A DNA stretch of 63,829 nucleotides, filler included, from Collodictyon triciliatum (lineage: Eukaryota), in the NCBI GenBank assembly GCA_043381765.1. It is 4 parts of 4 records of this genome, joined end to end, with 100 filler letters (N's around TTAATTAATTAA, not from the genome) between each part and the next. Parts side by side here need not be neighbours in the genome. Positions count along the whole stretch, not along the records: positions 1 to 16,458 come from JBHJMP010001549.1; 3 more parts are not named here. One strand, given 5' to 3'. Under the pieces are notes generated by a model. The model was not told the DNA's origin. It searched no databases and saw only the letters and a program-made list of their open reading frames with translations. Shown in pieces: positions 1-14,900 of this stretch (position 1 is its first letter; each line of letters begins with the position of its first letter). The translations under genes and the position numbers were made by a program.

Positions 1-102
1 TAAAATAAAATAAAATAAAATAAAATAAAATAAAATAAAATAAAATAAAATAAAATAAAATAAAATAAAATAAAATAAAATAAAATAAAATAAAATAAAA
101 TA
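1..102. repeat. (TAAAA)n microsatellite at segment start
   Basis: Perfect TAAAA tandem array seen directly. Confidence 0.95.
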
Positions 103-211
103 ATTACTTTGAATGATAACTGCGATAATAGCGAATTTCTATTAAAAACAAAAAATAATGAAATTTAATTTCAATTAAAACAGCCGCTTCAAACTTCCTA
201 CGCTCATTGAT

Positions 212-3200
212 ATGGATGGTATGCATATATTATTATGTGGTGCCCGTCTACCAAGATTTTTTTTAAATTATAATAGTTTTTATTTGCTACAATATGATGG
301 TTTTTTTTAAAAAAACAGAGAAGAAACTTCGTTATATAAGGAGACCGAGTTTCTCAAAGAAGCACGTAATTTTTTTTTGTTACGCTCTGATATTTTACAT
401 CAATTTACCATTTTTTGCTTGAGTCAAAGAGCACAATTATAAAATTATAGATAACTAGATTCCATAAATCTGTGACCAGGTATCAAACACAAATTCTTTA
501 CAAGAAAGCATAATAGACGGCCATGACCATCAGACAGCTGATTTACAAAGGACGAAGTCATTTCGTTCCTCATTTCTCATATATGTTCACGAACTCAATT
601 TCCAAAAAGTTGGCCAATATCTTGATTCTCAAGAAGAATATCAACTATTCGAACGCAACATAAGAATTGATTTGCGAGATTTTCCAAGATCAGAACTGAT
701 GCTTCAGCACCTCTCAAAGTATATTTGAAAAAAATTCGATTTTTTTCTTGGAATACATCATAACTTTACCAATTTTTTTCTTTGGATGACTTTTAAACTC
801 AAACCAAATATAGCACCAAGAGAAAAAGGTTTTTAGACGTATCCGCAGTTTGTGTCATCTTGCTTAGTGAATTTTCAACTGACATAAAAGAAGTTCTTCT
901 ATCATCTATTAAAGATAAGCTTGGACATCTAATGATTCCATGCGACTCTGACGGGCGCACTCCGATAATTATAGGTAACTTGAAAACTTCACATCCGTCT
1001 TTAGGTACTCTTCTGGTTTATCGCATGATTTTTTTTTGTCAAATCTCATAAAAAATACAATAGCATCTGCATTGAATGACCTAGACTGCGTAAAAATCAT
1101 CTTAATGGATCTCACACTTGAAAATCGACCACCGATTAAAAATTCATGTTCTTCAAGTAAAGTTACAACCGACTTTTTACAAAAAATTGAGGATATTGAA
1201 TGCCCAAACGAATTGCAGAGCTCGACTTCAATAGAGCTCTTTAGTGGAGTGTATGAAATAATTCCTGATAGAAATACTGCAAGAATGGAAACAATGGAAT
1301 ATCAAAATGATGCGCCGTGTAATTTTTCACTTCATAACAGTCCCACATCAGCAGAAGAGATACACAATTTCAGTGACCAAGGTGAATATTCAATATTGGA
1401 TGTGTGTAGCGAGTCTAATTGTGGTACATCACATGGTGGCAAAAACGAAATGCTTGGTGTGAGAATAAAGGAAAAATTCTTGACTGTGTTGCCGCTAGAA
1501 ATTTGCAGGCAAAACACTCAAGACCAGAGTCGAACTGTGCGAGAAGCGGATGATCACAACATAGTTTTCAACTTTTCAAAAGAAATTAACTCTTACTCGG
1601 ATGGTCAAGGATGGAATTACATGCATTATGCGTCCTTTAACCACTCATATAATTGCATCGAGTACTATTTCTCAAATATATACAAAGAGATTTTAAAAGG
1701 TTGTCTTCGATCAACTGATTTCCGAGGTGAGAACTGTTTGCATCTATTGATGCACCACAAGATTTATGAAAGTATGAACCATCCATTGGAAATTGATGGA
1801 CAGCTTTTGTTCAATATATTTCAACCGCACGAAAAATCAACATTAAGCAGTTTCTTGTGCACATATTTTGCCAAAAGAATGATAGAATGCGGGGTCGATA
1901 TAAATGCACAGAGCAGCATGAAACAGACGGCCTTACATTTAGCCATCAAAAGTGGGTGTGCAAATTGTGTACAGTTGTTAATTGAATCTGGGGCATCACT
2001 AAACCTATCTGATGAATATGGCAGATATCCTATCCATTTGGCAGTAATACACTCAAATAGGATAAAGGCATGCAATGAAGTAAATAATAGAATTTATGAA
2101 GAAGTGATAATGCATTTCGCTCTGGGGTCCGGAACAAAAGACACCGAAGGATTACGCAATAGAAAATTTGAAATTGGAGCCTGTTCACATGCTATACTTG
2201 ACGACCTTGTGGTTCAAACCTCGTCCAATCGTAACGAATCTGACCAAGGGCAGGGTAATGTAGAAAGTAGAAATGACAATAGGGCATACTATTGTCTAAA
2301 TGAAGAGATGGGTGCTAGTTGGCAGTTAAAAAGCATAGACAAGAGTCCTGTTCAATGCAGAATACTTGACCTTCTCTTAAAGGATGAATCATCAATCAAC
2401 AGCAAGGACATAGAAGACAAGACTGCAATCCATTATGCAGGATTACACTATGATTTCGATGTACTGAAAAGGATTTTGAATGCGCGATGCAATCTTAATG
2501 AACAGGTAAATACAGTAATAATAAAGATGTTTTCAATAAATAAAATGGAATTTTATTATATTTAAAAATGATTACACGATTGCAGGATAAGAACGGGAAA
2601 ACCTTACTGCATTATCTTTCATGTAATAAAGTGGATGACTTAAGGTATTTATGAGAAACAAACCAAAGAAAATAATGCAAAGTACATTTTCAAAAATTTT
2701 AAAATTATTATTAGGGGGTGGTCACTTCTACTGCATGACTATGGAGCAGATCCAAATATTAGAGATTCGAAGGGTAGGACTTGTATGCACGAGATGTTCT
2801 CATGGGAAAGTAAGGAGGTAAGATTTAATTCATAATTTAAAAGATGGACGAATTGTATACTTATTGAAGAAAAACGTACAGAATGTAGAGTTTGTAGAAG
2901 GACAAGTAAGGAAAGTTTCGAGGCTGTTTGATTTGCTTGATTCTGGGAAGATAAAGCCAAAGTATAACGTACCTGATTTCGAAGGCACAACAATAGTTCA
3001 CCAATGCCTTCGAAAAGTTGGATCCATTGAATCTTACAGCATCATAGGGAGGCTGTTTTCAAAAGGATGTAACTTAAATACCCCTGAATATGTATCTGGG
3101 ATGACACCCCTTGCATACGCACTAAATTCTTGTGAGATTGAGCAAAATATTGGTGGTCTTTTCAAACGTATGTATCTCGATAGTATTTTACACAATAAAA

Positions 3201-6200
3201 TATTTTCCTATCACTGGATTTTTTCCCTATCGCCGTTTACATTATTGCAGAAATATATATATATAAATTTGCATTTTTGATAGTTTATCCTCACTTATCT
3301 CGAGAGAGAGTCGATACATTGGGCAAAAGCCTTTTGCACCATGCTGCACGTAACGGCTCGCTGGTTCTCTCAATTATTCGATTTTTATCATCTTAAACTT
3401 ATTTTACAAGAGGAAAGAGGCTAACAAAAGATTTAATAAATTATTTTGTTCAATAATTCAGAGAGATGTTAAAGATCTTGTCTCCTTGAATATGAACATC
3501 AATGCCAGAGATGCTTTGGGCAGAACACCACTTCAAGAGGCAATCATTTCTATAAAAGACGAAAAGGTAGAGTAAATTAGATATGTCAAAATACTATGAA
3601 GCACCAGAATAACGTGATTTAACCATTTTTGCTGTCTGTGATAATTATTCTATTATTCTACAATTTTTTGATTACAGGGAGTAGAAAAAACTTTGTTTTT
3701 GATAGAAGCCGGCTCTGATGTGAATAATAAGGTTCAAATAAATTTCTATTCGTGAACGCTATTAAATACCTTTTATTCTTCATTCTTGGTAAATTTCCTT
3801 AGTTGTGACAGAGATAAATATATTCTAGAGTAAAAATTTGTACAAGTATACAAGTTTAATATTTGATACTTTATTAATACTCTAATTCTATTATCCAAAC
3901 TAAGAAATAAAATTACCCTTTTTTAACATATACTGCTTGAAATACTTAATTAAAGGATAACCTGGGTATTTCACCGATCCATGATGTTTGTTCTCTAACA
4001 TATAAAGGTAATGTGATATTCTAATTTTGAAGTGTCTTTAATAATACTAATAATTCCATGTTTAAGGCTGGTCATTAAATAATTATAATTTCTCAGACAA
4101 TAGCATATCAGCAATAACTGTTATCATACAAGAATTGTTGAAAAAAGGGGCAAATATAGATTCCCAGGATTTTAGGGGTACTATCCTGGACAATATATTT
4201 CAGAATATCATATATGACCAATACTCCTTTACAAAAACACATATTAACCTTTTCTCAATACCATGCAAATTTGTAAAGAAGATTGAAAGTAAACCGCAGT
4301 TCATTTTTATTTTCTATTTAAGGGAGAACCCCTCTACACATAGTGGCATCATCAAACAGTTTATTTGTTTGTGACCAACTCATTAAGGTACAGTTTTTGA
4401 ATTTGTTGTGGTTTTAAGTAAATAACATACTCGCCAACATCTTCACCATCCCGCACAAAATTGAAAATAAGAATAAAAAAAAGTAAATAACATACTCGAA
4501 AGGGTTAACTAAGAACAAATATTGTAAATAGAATCAAGCCTCTATTTCTGTTGTTGATATGAAGAATAGAACAGCTTTGCATGAGGCTGTAAGAAATGGA
4601 TCGGTAGATTTTACTATTACAACCACCTAAAACAATAGATATACATTTTTAGTACATAAAACGCGTGCATGAATAATAAATTCAGGCGAATTTATTAATA
4701 GGAGGAAATAGTGATGCATTTGATAGAAAGAGGATGTGAGATAGAAAAGTGCGATTTTGACGGAAACAGTATTCTTCACGAAGCGGCAGGACGTAATTTG
4801 GATGAAAGAATAATACAGAAATTACTATCTTCCAAGAAAATAGTTCGATTGATGATGCGTACAAGAAACATGTCGGGAAATACACCTCTACTTTGCTCTT
4901 TAAATAATCCACACTTCAAGATATCAAGAATGTTCATAAGTCATGTAATTATTGCAGTTTTAAATATTTTTTTTTGAAAATTCCAACCCATGCATCATAT
5001 GCAAATATTAACTTATCGAGGGATATTGTTAAGGGATTTTCATTAATTTTTCATGTTATAAAAGGATCTCACCGAGGCCAAAGATTTAGAGCCTGCAATC
5101 GAATTTTTGAATCAAAGAAAAAAATTTTCCAGCAATATCATACCTACTATAGGGAGAAAGCTGTTGGGTATTTTCATTTATGCTTATTAACCAAAAATCA
5201 GGTGGTTCTTTTTCGTGTTAGTATATAAAATCCCATATATACTCATTTTTATTGAGATATTTCGATAGAACTAGGAATAATAGGAAAAAATGATAAAGAT
5301 TACATCGGTAAATTTATACATTTATATTCATGTTTTATTATACCATTTTAAAGTAAATGAGTAAAAAAATATTTTTTTACTCGTCAGGCATTCGTGATTT
5401 ACAAGCTGCAGAGGCAAGATCGAAATTCGATGATATGTTGCAAGTTTGAATGCTTTATTAGATGAATAAAAAGGCATTTAGTTGTTAATAACCTGTAATA
5501 TCAAATGATTTTTATTTTATCAAGGAAAAGTTTTGAATAAAATGGAATAAATTGATTTTCCCCTTTTTTATTATCCACAGTCCTTCGAAGTTCTGTCATT
5601 GTTCACAGAAATAGAAAAAGAATGGGATTTCAACAATCCTTTCGACATCGAAGCTGAAGAATCAAAGATCAATCATTGCTTTGGCAACCTAAGGCGAATG
5701 ACACATAAGGTATATTGAATTTTTTTGGATTTCAGGAAAGTTCTAAAATAGTTTTGTAGATAGTGTCAGAGATGAGATTTCAGAAACGAAAATCGAATCT
5801 GGTTGAAAAAATAGAGCTTGAATGGGTGAATTCTAAAAAAATGTACGTAGCAACAAATTTAAATTATTATTGAGATGTTTTCTAACATATATAAAATAAA
5901 GGCTTTGTGCTTTAATATCGACGGTGGAGGAAAATATCCATTACATTACAAGAAAGTTGAAAATGGTAATAAAAGGGACATTTTTTTAGTAATTAAGCTA
6001 AGTAAGATACTACATTGATGAAAAATGGAAAACCAATCATTCTAACGATTTGTAACCAAAATAAAGATCAAAAAGATGGAAAATGAGACAATTATTGCAG
6101 CCAAGAACCTACCTCACGAAATTACAGGACTAGTTGAAGAAAACAGTCTAATCGATTCCCTGGAAATATCTATGTCAGCAATTAATGGGTGCAGTGAAAA

Positions 6201-9200
6201 AGTGAAGTCTTTGTCCCTTTTAGAGGATTTGGGCAAAGCCTTGTTGGCGATTTACACAAGTTTTTTCGTAGGGAAGCTTTTTTTTTATGAAACATTGAAT
6301 ATAGTAATTTTTGTTTCACTGCAGTGTAACGATGCGTCCGTAAATTAGGATTTTAATTCGACATCCACGCTAAATTTTCAAAGAGAGAAATTTTCGAGCC
6401 TGTTCTCGGTTAATTCATCAGAGTTTCAACATAAATTACTTGTAATATTTTCTCTTGATGCATCAATAATGATCTATTCTAACGCTTATAAATCATTTAA
6501 TTTAAGGAGCGCAAGCTTTTGAAACAAGAAAGTAAAATTTGGAAAGAATTCAAGCAAATTATGAAGCAGGTTCCTTATTTGAAATGGAGCTTTAAACATC
6601 TTTTTTAGTTTTAATTTTGTTTACTCTGATAACAGATGCTGTCTCGAATGTCTCTCCTAAACATTTTTGGAAAAATAAGATACAATCATGGAAGAATAAG
6701 AGACATGCTTGAAAATCAAATGAAAATAAGAGAAGTTTATCAACAAAAGCTCAAAGAAGTATGTTATTTTAGTATAATGTATAATATAATAATTTTTACA
6801 ACATAAATAAGGAAATTGTATAACGATTTGATAAATTAGGTTGAATCTGTTTTTTTGAAACGAATGGAATGCAATAATGTGATCAATATGGTGCTGATCC
6901 AAGAAAAAGGGATATTAGCAGGTGAAAAATTAATCATATTAATTGATGAGGTAAGAAATATACCACCATATCAATTTCACCTTTGTTTCATTTATATTGA
7001 TTATATGTAATCATTATTTATTATTACAGCTCGAACGAAAAAAATTAAAATAAAGGCGGAAATTAAAGTCAGCATTATCGAAGGAAGACCTAAAAATGAA
7101 GTTGATTTACTTGAAAATCAATTGAACTACCAAAGAAAAGATATCAAAGGGCTAAAAATAGAATCTGAAGTGAATTGGAGTCTATTGCTGAAGTGGTTAC
7201 CGTCAAAAGTTACATTTGGTGAATTGAAAATATATGGTACGTCAGTGGTATAAAACAAAGTTGATGAAGAAATCATGCTGGAAACTAAAATGAGGAAATA
7301 AAATAGACACATGCGATTTATTCTGGAGGGATGATACCAGAGGAATCGTTTTTTCCAGAATGGAGCAGTTAGAATCGAATATGAGTTCACGTAATTATTT
7401 ATCAATATTTCTAGTGTATCTACTGAAGGGGTTACGGGGCGTAAAATCTGAATATCCATACTTTGTGAGTGATATCTAATGCCAGAAAAGTTGATGTAGA
7501 TTCATTTTTGAAGCTTAGCCAGTCTTCCTTTGAATTATATATTCCTCCCGATGACGTTTTCGAAAAGCCAGCTCTATCTTTTGAGGTATACATGACAGTA
7601 CCTATATTCAAAATAAATTTCTTGGATAGGATAAACTCTGAATATATTAATCATTTATAATCTAACAGATATACAGAAGACTTTGGGATTATGAGAATAA
7701 AAAGGTTTTGACCAGAAATTTGATTGAAGCGTCTTTGAACGGTAAACTCCAATATAGTTATATACACAAAAGATATATTGATACATAATTGATGACAGGA
7801 GAAAAATGTGTTCTGAAATATCATCACCTGGATAACAAAGACCAAAGGGAATCTTTCACAAATGAGGTTACATTGAATTTAATCTGAAATTAAAAATTGT
7901 TCCTTTTTTACGCTAAAGGCGATTTAGTTATGTTCTTTTTTTTAGATTAGAATATTATCGAAAGTTAAGCACCCAGCTTTAATAAAAATGGAAGGTCATT
8001 TTGTAGATTTCAAGGTATGTAAATAAAAATCGTAATATCTGTAGAATATCCATATGATAATGTTTCATATTTATAATATTTATAACGAGGCTAACATGAA
8101 TATATAGATAGGATTTATACATTTTAAAAGTATTGTAAAAAAAGACATAGGACAATGGATACAGGTCTGAATAATACATATATTTTTATGAGCAGAAAAT
8201 TGATTAAAAATCTTAGATGAAGAGCAGAAGTTTACTGGAAATAAGGCACGTATTCCAAAGGATTTTAAATGGGATTGTGTACCTCCATGAGCACGATGTA
8301 AAGATAATTTAATAAAACAGAAAAATGCAATCCTTTGTGAAATAATTCATCTATTACAGATAGTTCACCGGAAAATAAATCTTCAATCCATTATTTTCGA
8401 TGAAGGAGAGTCTCCGATAATATGCCACTTTGAAAATGCTGTGGACATAAGCAGAGTTCAACCATATCACTCTACATGTATTTTTCCTGGTCAATACTAT
8501 ATCTTTATTTTACGAGATGAACCAAAATTTTGATATAATCTAAATTATTAAATTGTTTAGATAATATTTCCATCTTCTCTGCGCCAGAGTCTCACTGTTA
8601 GTATTTGGATGTGATCCAATTTTTGATTTTTTTTCAACAAATCTAACACCTTTCCTGTGATACTAGCAAATCCGGATATCGTATCTCAAAAGCTTGACAT
8701 ATGGTCTTTCGGCATTTTAATGGTGAATAAAATATAAAGACAGTTTTTTTGCGCATACTAATGATTTAATCACAAAAGTTGTATGCTCATCACCCTCAAT
8801 TGAAACTGGAGACATTGGTGCTCGAGGTAGTCTTTACCATATGATTATCTTAGATTAGTTTTGCGGATTATGGATGCATTTTTGAAATAAGATGGGCGAT
8901 ATTAATGCAGCTCTGAAGATACATTGATTTTTTTTCACTAGAGCGAAAATTTTCAAATTCCAAAGCATGAGAATGAGGCACTACAAATCATATTAAAAAG
9001 GATGCTCAATTCTGACCCAATGAACAGACCCACTGGAATTGTAATATTTATCAACACTAAAAATTATTACTGATAATTAATGAATGGTTTTTTACATGTA
9101 GGAAGTTCTTGATTCCTCTTACTTTACATCTGACAAGTTTTTCAAAAAGACGAAGCAATTGTGGGATACGAGTTCAAAAATGAGTATATTCAGAAATCAC

Positions 9201-11473
9201 GTATCTGGAATGAGAAATCACAAGTTGAAAGAAGGTTTGTTGAATGATTTAAACTTACTGTTATATCAAAAATAACTCATCCGTTTTTATCACATTAAAA
9301 AAATAAGGCAGGAAAATCGAAGTAGTCATTTCAAGGGAAAATATCGTAGATGAAGTAATTCATGCGTTTGCTAGTCTTCATGTCGAACAACTCTTATACC
9401 CCATAAAAGTCAAGTTTCGCGGAGAGCATGGTCAGGACATGGTAATAAAGAGTAGAATAAAAAGAAATTCCAATAATATAAAGCAAAAATTACACCAAGT
9501 TTATCTTTCATTAGGTTCACACACTGGCTGGAGGACTGACGGCAGAGATGTATACGTTGTTTTTTGAGTCTTTATTATCGTGAGTTAGACATTATCAACA
9601 ATCCCGCGACTTATTTTTTCTTAAAAAAATACGTCATATATCACTGCTACTATTGTTGCTGCTATTGCTAATGTTATTATTACAACTAAGCTTTCAACTA
9701 TTCTGAAATCTCGTGCGAATAATTAGGCCGAAATCTAGGCTTTTTGAGAGTGCACCAGAAGGTGAATCACCAGCTGTGCCCACGTACATTCCGAAGGCAG
9801 GATATATAAATGACCCATGGGGGTACTTCGTAATAGGTAATCTAAAAAATAAATGAATTACTAATTCAACGAAATTTGCTGTAACTTGATAAAATATTCA
9901 GGGATGATTCTTACAAAGTGCTTGATTGATGGAGTTACTGCACCAATAACTTTTCCATCCTTCATGTTCAAATACCTCCTCGGAAATGAAGTCATGAACC
10001 TGGAAGATTTAGAACAAGTTTTTGCCAGATTATATTAGATTCATAAAAGCATGTTGGATATGGTATTTGCGAAATAATACTTTGCATAACCCATAATATG
10101 TTGCATTTGTTTCAGTATAACTGGCAATTGGCGCGAGGTCTTCGTCAAGTGCTTTTGACTCCGAATATACAAGTGAATTAGTTATATCGTTAGCAGTTTA
10201 TGAGGGGTTATGCTTTTATCTCTTAAAAAGTTAGAGACAAAATAATAATAAAAAAATAATAATTGAAAATAGGAGGTTCTACCTTACACGTTTGGGGGTC
10301 TGACGACCGGAGGAGAGGATGTAGTGTCATAAATTTGAATTATTGTAGTAAGAGTATACTTGAAAGTTAAACTTTTGACATCCAGGTGGAAGTTACAGAT
10401 GACAACAAGCAGCATTTTGTGGAATTAAAGGCCAATCATTCAATATACCACTGTCGAGAGAAGCAGTTGCAAGCATTTCGAAACGGTATATAATTGCTTT
10501 TTTCCTTTTGTTTATATATCTTGTTACAATTGTATCGATAATCTAAAATAATAATGATATACAATTAGATAAAAAAAAAGGTATGTGATTGATAATAATG
10601 GTTCTCACATAATTTAATCCGCAGGATTCTTCTCGGTCTCTGAGGTGTCTGCTGTGTTGGCAATATTTAACCACCATGAATTGCAAATGCTGTGTTGTGG
10701 AGAGGAACACATAGATGCTGAAATGGTTATTGCCAATATGGTCTTCAGTCCAGCAGAGGATGACCCTCGTTGGGAAGTATATGAGACTGGTAGGGTTGAT
10801 TTCAATATATGTCTAAATGATTGAATGAGTAAAAAAAAAAAAAAGAAAAAAGAATAGTGCAAATTGAAAGGAATACTAATGATAATGTTAATATTAGTAA
10901 TGTTAATGAAATTTATAATAAAGCCCTTACCAAACCTTGCTCTCAGAATTAGGCTTCAAAAGCACAACAGCGAAAGATTTGATCAAAATAATTCAGGGAT
11001 ATGACCGTGAAAGTATAGCATATCTTACATCAAGCATTTGCCCTTTAAAAGACGAAATTATGTGACATGTTTTGTATGTAAGATGCTTTCTTTTATTTTT
11101 ATTTTTGCATTTTATTAAAAAAAAAAATCTAGGTTTGCGCAGATTTATTCGATTTGCGACTGCAAAAGTGAGGATTCCAGAGGGCGGATTCGACCCTAAG
11201 ATTCGTGTTATGCGTTGCCCAACCAGCAACCAGTACCCGAAAGGACATTGCTGCTTCCATTCCATAGCTCTCCCAGATTACAAGGCAGTTGAAATTCCAT
11301 GAACGTAACATTATTGCTGGAGTAATGGTGATGACAGAGTAGTGTAATTGTAATACCCAAAAAAAAAATGACGATTATAACTCTCCCTTTTTTTTTTTTT
11401 TCCTTAGTGCTTCAAGATTCTCGAGGAGAAATTGAAAGAGGCATTGCACTCTGAGGGATTTGGCATCGAGTGA
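212..11473 (+). CDS. Multi-exon ankyrin-repeat / helical linker / pseudokinase / HECT E3 ubiquitin ligase fusion protein (start codon uncertain)
   Basis: Ankyrin motifs across ~1600-4950 (KQTALHLA, GRYPIHLA, DKTAIHYA, GKTLLHY, GRTPLQEA, GNTPLLCS). Kinase-fold motifs in exons ~7800-9040 (CVLK, VKHPALIK, GIVYLHEHD, IVHRKINLQSI, SAPE, DIWSFGI, MLNSDPMNRPT). HECT motifs ~9300-11473 (IKVKFRGEHGQD, GGLTAEMY, VTDDNKQHFV, RFIRFATA, YPKGHCCFHSIALPDY, LEEKLKEALHSEGFGIE-stop at 11471-11473). That it is one continuous gene is inferred from an unbroken chain of same-strand exons. Confidence 0.8.
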
Positions 11474-11947
11474 TTCGGCATTATGCTTTTTTCCCGACAT
11501 TTGTAGCGATGTAAATAGGATAAAAAGAACTACTTTTCAAGAAAAAAAATATACAAGGAATCAAGTATGCAGAGTGATTCTTTAAGAAAACTTTTGCTTA
11601 AAATGGAATAAAAGAAATATTTCCTGCCTTGAAAGAAAAATTGCCGACTTATTGGATTGTTGGAAGTATCAAGGATGAAATCCATCTATTAATCTCAAGG
11701 CGTGTTTATTTTGTTCTGCCAAATGTGAGAAAGGATTGAAAGAAGGGACTCCAGCACGTGGATGGGGAAATTATGTCCTTCAACTCGCTTAATCGAATGA
11801 TTTTAGGGGAATCAAAAATCCAAGGAATCAGTTGCAGCTAAAAGAAAGAAAGAAATAAGGCTCAGAAAAAAATCCCAAGAATCCATCGCAATAACCAATA
11901 AATCATCAAGGAAAATGATCAGAAACAGAAATTAAAACATGTTTATA

Positions 11948-14900
11948 TTATATAAGGGGGGTTAAAAGGATATCACATGTTTTCCCGGCTACTGAGGCTG
12001 TGAAGGAAGAAACATATCGTCTGAAAAAATCGTAGTGTCTGTACACAGAGAATTCTTTCTTTCTTATCAGATCCAAGTTCGTGAGGGAGTCTAGTTTATA
12101 TATTTCTTAGAATGTCTATTTCAAAAGGGGTTATTGCTTATTCTGAATTATTTCTAGAGCTCCTGATTACATAACAGAATGGAAACGAATCATGTTCAAG
12201 TAAAATTATGGTGAAAAGACATACCAGATGGATTAGAGCTAGGGTTCTCCCGCATGAATCGGTTAATTTCATCTATTAACTGAGACACTAACAATATATA
12301 TATATTTAGGTCAAGACAGCTCTGGACGAAGATGTTGATCGTTTGCTTTCGATGTCTCAGCGAATTTTACTTTCATTTTTAAATATATCAAATATATGTC
12401 TCATTCATTTATGTTCTTTACTTACAGGTTACAACTTGGTTCGGATCGAAACTTTCACATCTGTCCGGGTCGATGGGGACGCATATTTTCCCTTTTTGTT
12501 TGTTTGTTTGTTTGTTTGTTTGTTTGTTTGTTTGTTTGTTTGTTTGTTTGTTTGTTTGTTTGTTTGTTTGTTTGTTTGTTTGTTTGTTTGTTTGTTTGTT
12601 TGTTAGAAGCCATCAATTATAATAATTTTGTGTTTATATTATACGTCTGTGTTTATTACACAGGGCTATTTGGCGAAAGTAGAAGAATATTCAGCACAAT
12701 TAAAGAAGTTGCATACCTGTTACAGGATGCACACAGAAAGGGCTCTTTAGCAGATGTTCTGGTTGCTCACTTTATTTTGGAATCAGGAATCATAAAATCA
12801 AAAAGTAAAAATCATGAACCAAAAAAATATATACAAAAAATGATAGAGTGCCCATGTTTGATTCAAATTATTTTTACCTCACTTTCATATCAAAACGCGG
12901 GTATGTATATCTTATAACGATTTCAGAAATAACTAATGATCAAATATGAGCATCATTGATGGTAATCAAATAAAGGGGGTAAAGATGGTTATCCTGATTG
13001 GTATTGTAAAAAAAAATTGTGTTGAAATTATCTACGAAGGTGACTCGCATATTTTAGAGTAGGGAAACTTTAGAAATAAACAAAAAAACTATTATTACTT
13101 TACTAATTTTACACATATTGGTACCATTATAAAGCAGATACTCAAATATAAGCCATACCAGTTTCATAGTTAACTCTCTGCTTCTTACTGTATTTCTCCA
13201 AAGTTTTCTTTAACTGAACCCATCTATGATATATCATTTTAAAAAAGGAATTATTATTAAGTACTTAGATTAACGGAGAGTGATTTGGCAAAAAGAAGGA
13301 AATAAAGACAAACTTTCCAACTCCGTCCAAATTACTCTGTATCCATTCAGTGTTTATTTCGTCTCGTATTTCTGCAGTGAAATGTCAATTTTAATTAAGG
13401 ATACCAGTATTAAGAAAAAGTAATTATACAGGCTTTTTTTTTTTTTATTGCTTCATAGATATTCGAATTACTCTCATCATCGATAAAAGAGAGAACTTTA
13501 TTCCAATCATCTGGTGAATCAAATATCTTCTGCTCGCTATCACGTTTTATTTGTCAAGAATTTGAAATACTTCTTTTTTCAATAGTTCGAATAAATAAAG
13601 CACTACATTATTTTCACTGAAAAACCTGACAACACGCTCGCTAAACAGAGGAATAAGTATCTCTTGGACAATATCTCTAATCCAGATTTATAGTAATAAG
13701 TATAAAATGTTCAACAAGACATTTATCTCAATAGCAGTGAAAAATGATGCACTTACTCAAATCCTGGGTGGATATCTTTACCAAATGCGTGTTGGTAAGT
13801 ATGTGCGGAGTTGGGTGTTGATAAACTCAAGGAGCTCTAATGATTTATGCGATAAAAAAAAGAAGAGAAAATTCAAAATTGCAGAAACAAGGCGATTGAT
13901 GGAATATATCAGATGAAAATAGATGGAATTGGTATTGTATAAATTGGTTGAAATAATCCAGCGGCATACCACAACAAGGTTAAGGTATAACATCATTTTT
14001 CTTCTTTGCTCGTGGTTCATCTGGCGTGCTTTATTATCAGAAACCCAACAATGCACACCTCGTCGACCACTAAATACGAACAGGATGTTCTTGAAACCAA
14101 AGTGACCTGGTCATACACTCTTGGTTTAATGATATCGTTTATATGAAGGTAAAATCATGGAAAGTTCAAATTTTTTTTAAGAAAAATAAATATTACGAGC
14201 AGAAATTTCTATAAAAGTAAAACAAAATAGAAATGAATTGATATATACTTACGCCTCAGGATATGATTAATGGTTTTCACCGCTGCTGTCATAAAAACCC
14301 AGCACTTACCGCAAATGCTGCCTCTTGTGCCTTGATTGCAGCATTTTCGTATCTATGATATAAATACTGTTACAGTGATAATGTATAAATGGTAGATGAT
14401 GGATTTTCTTAGAGAAAGAAAAATTGGTATTTGTATATATTTTTCTAAAGGAAAGAATTCACTCCGTCTTCTTGCATGTAAGTGAAAAGGTTTACATCAT
14501 TGTAGTCATCCATATCGACGTCAAAAACAAGCTCTTTTTCAACAAAACGGAAGTTGTCAGGGTAGTTGTGCTTTTTGGTGGGCTACAGAACGATATTTTT
14601 TAATTGAAATAGATATAGATATATGACATCAGCCTGCATGCTTCAATATATTTATATCCAAGTTGAGATTTGTATTTACACCAGCCAACTTAAATACCAG
14701 CATATCTTTTCTTTGTACACACCAAACACATTACTAATATGAAGGACAACACCATCGCATTCGAGCACACTTCGAATATAGAATACAAACCTGAACAGAG
14801 TACACGGCACCAAAATCTATCTTTTGCGGAATATGTTTCATCACCCTGTGAATATATCATTTAAACATCATGCACGTTTACTTTGAATCGGATAAAGGAA

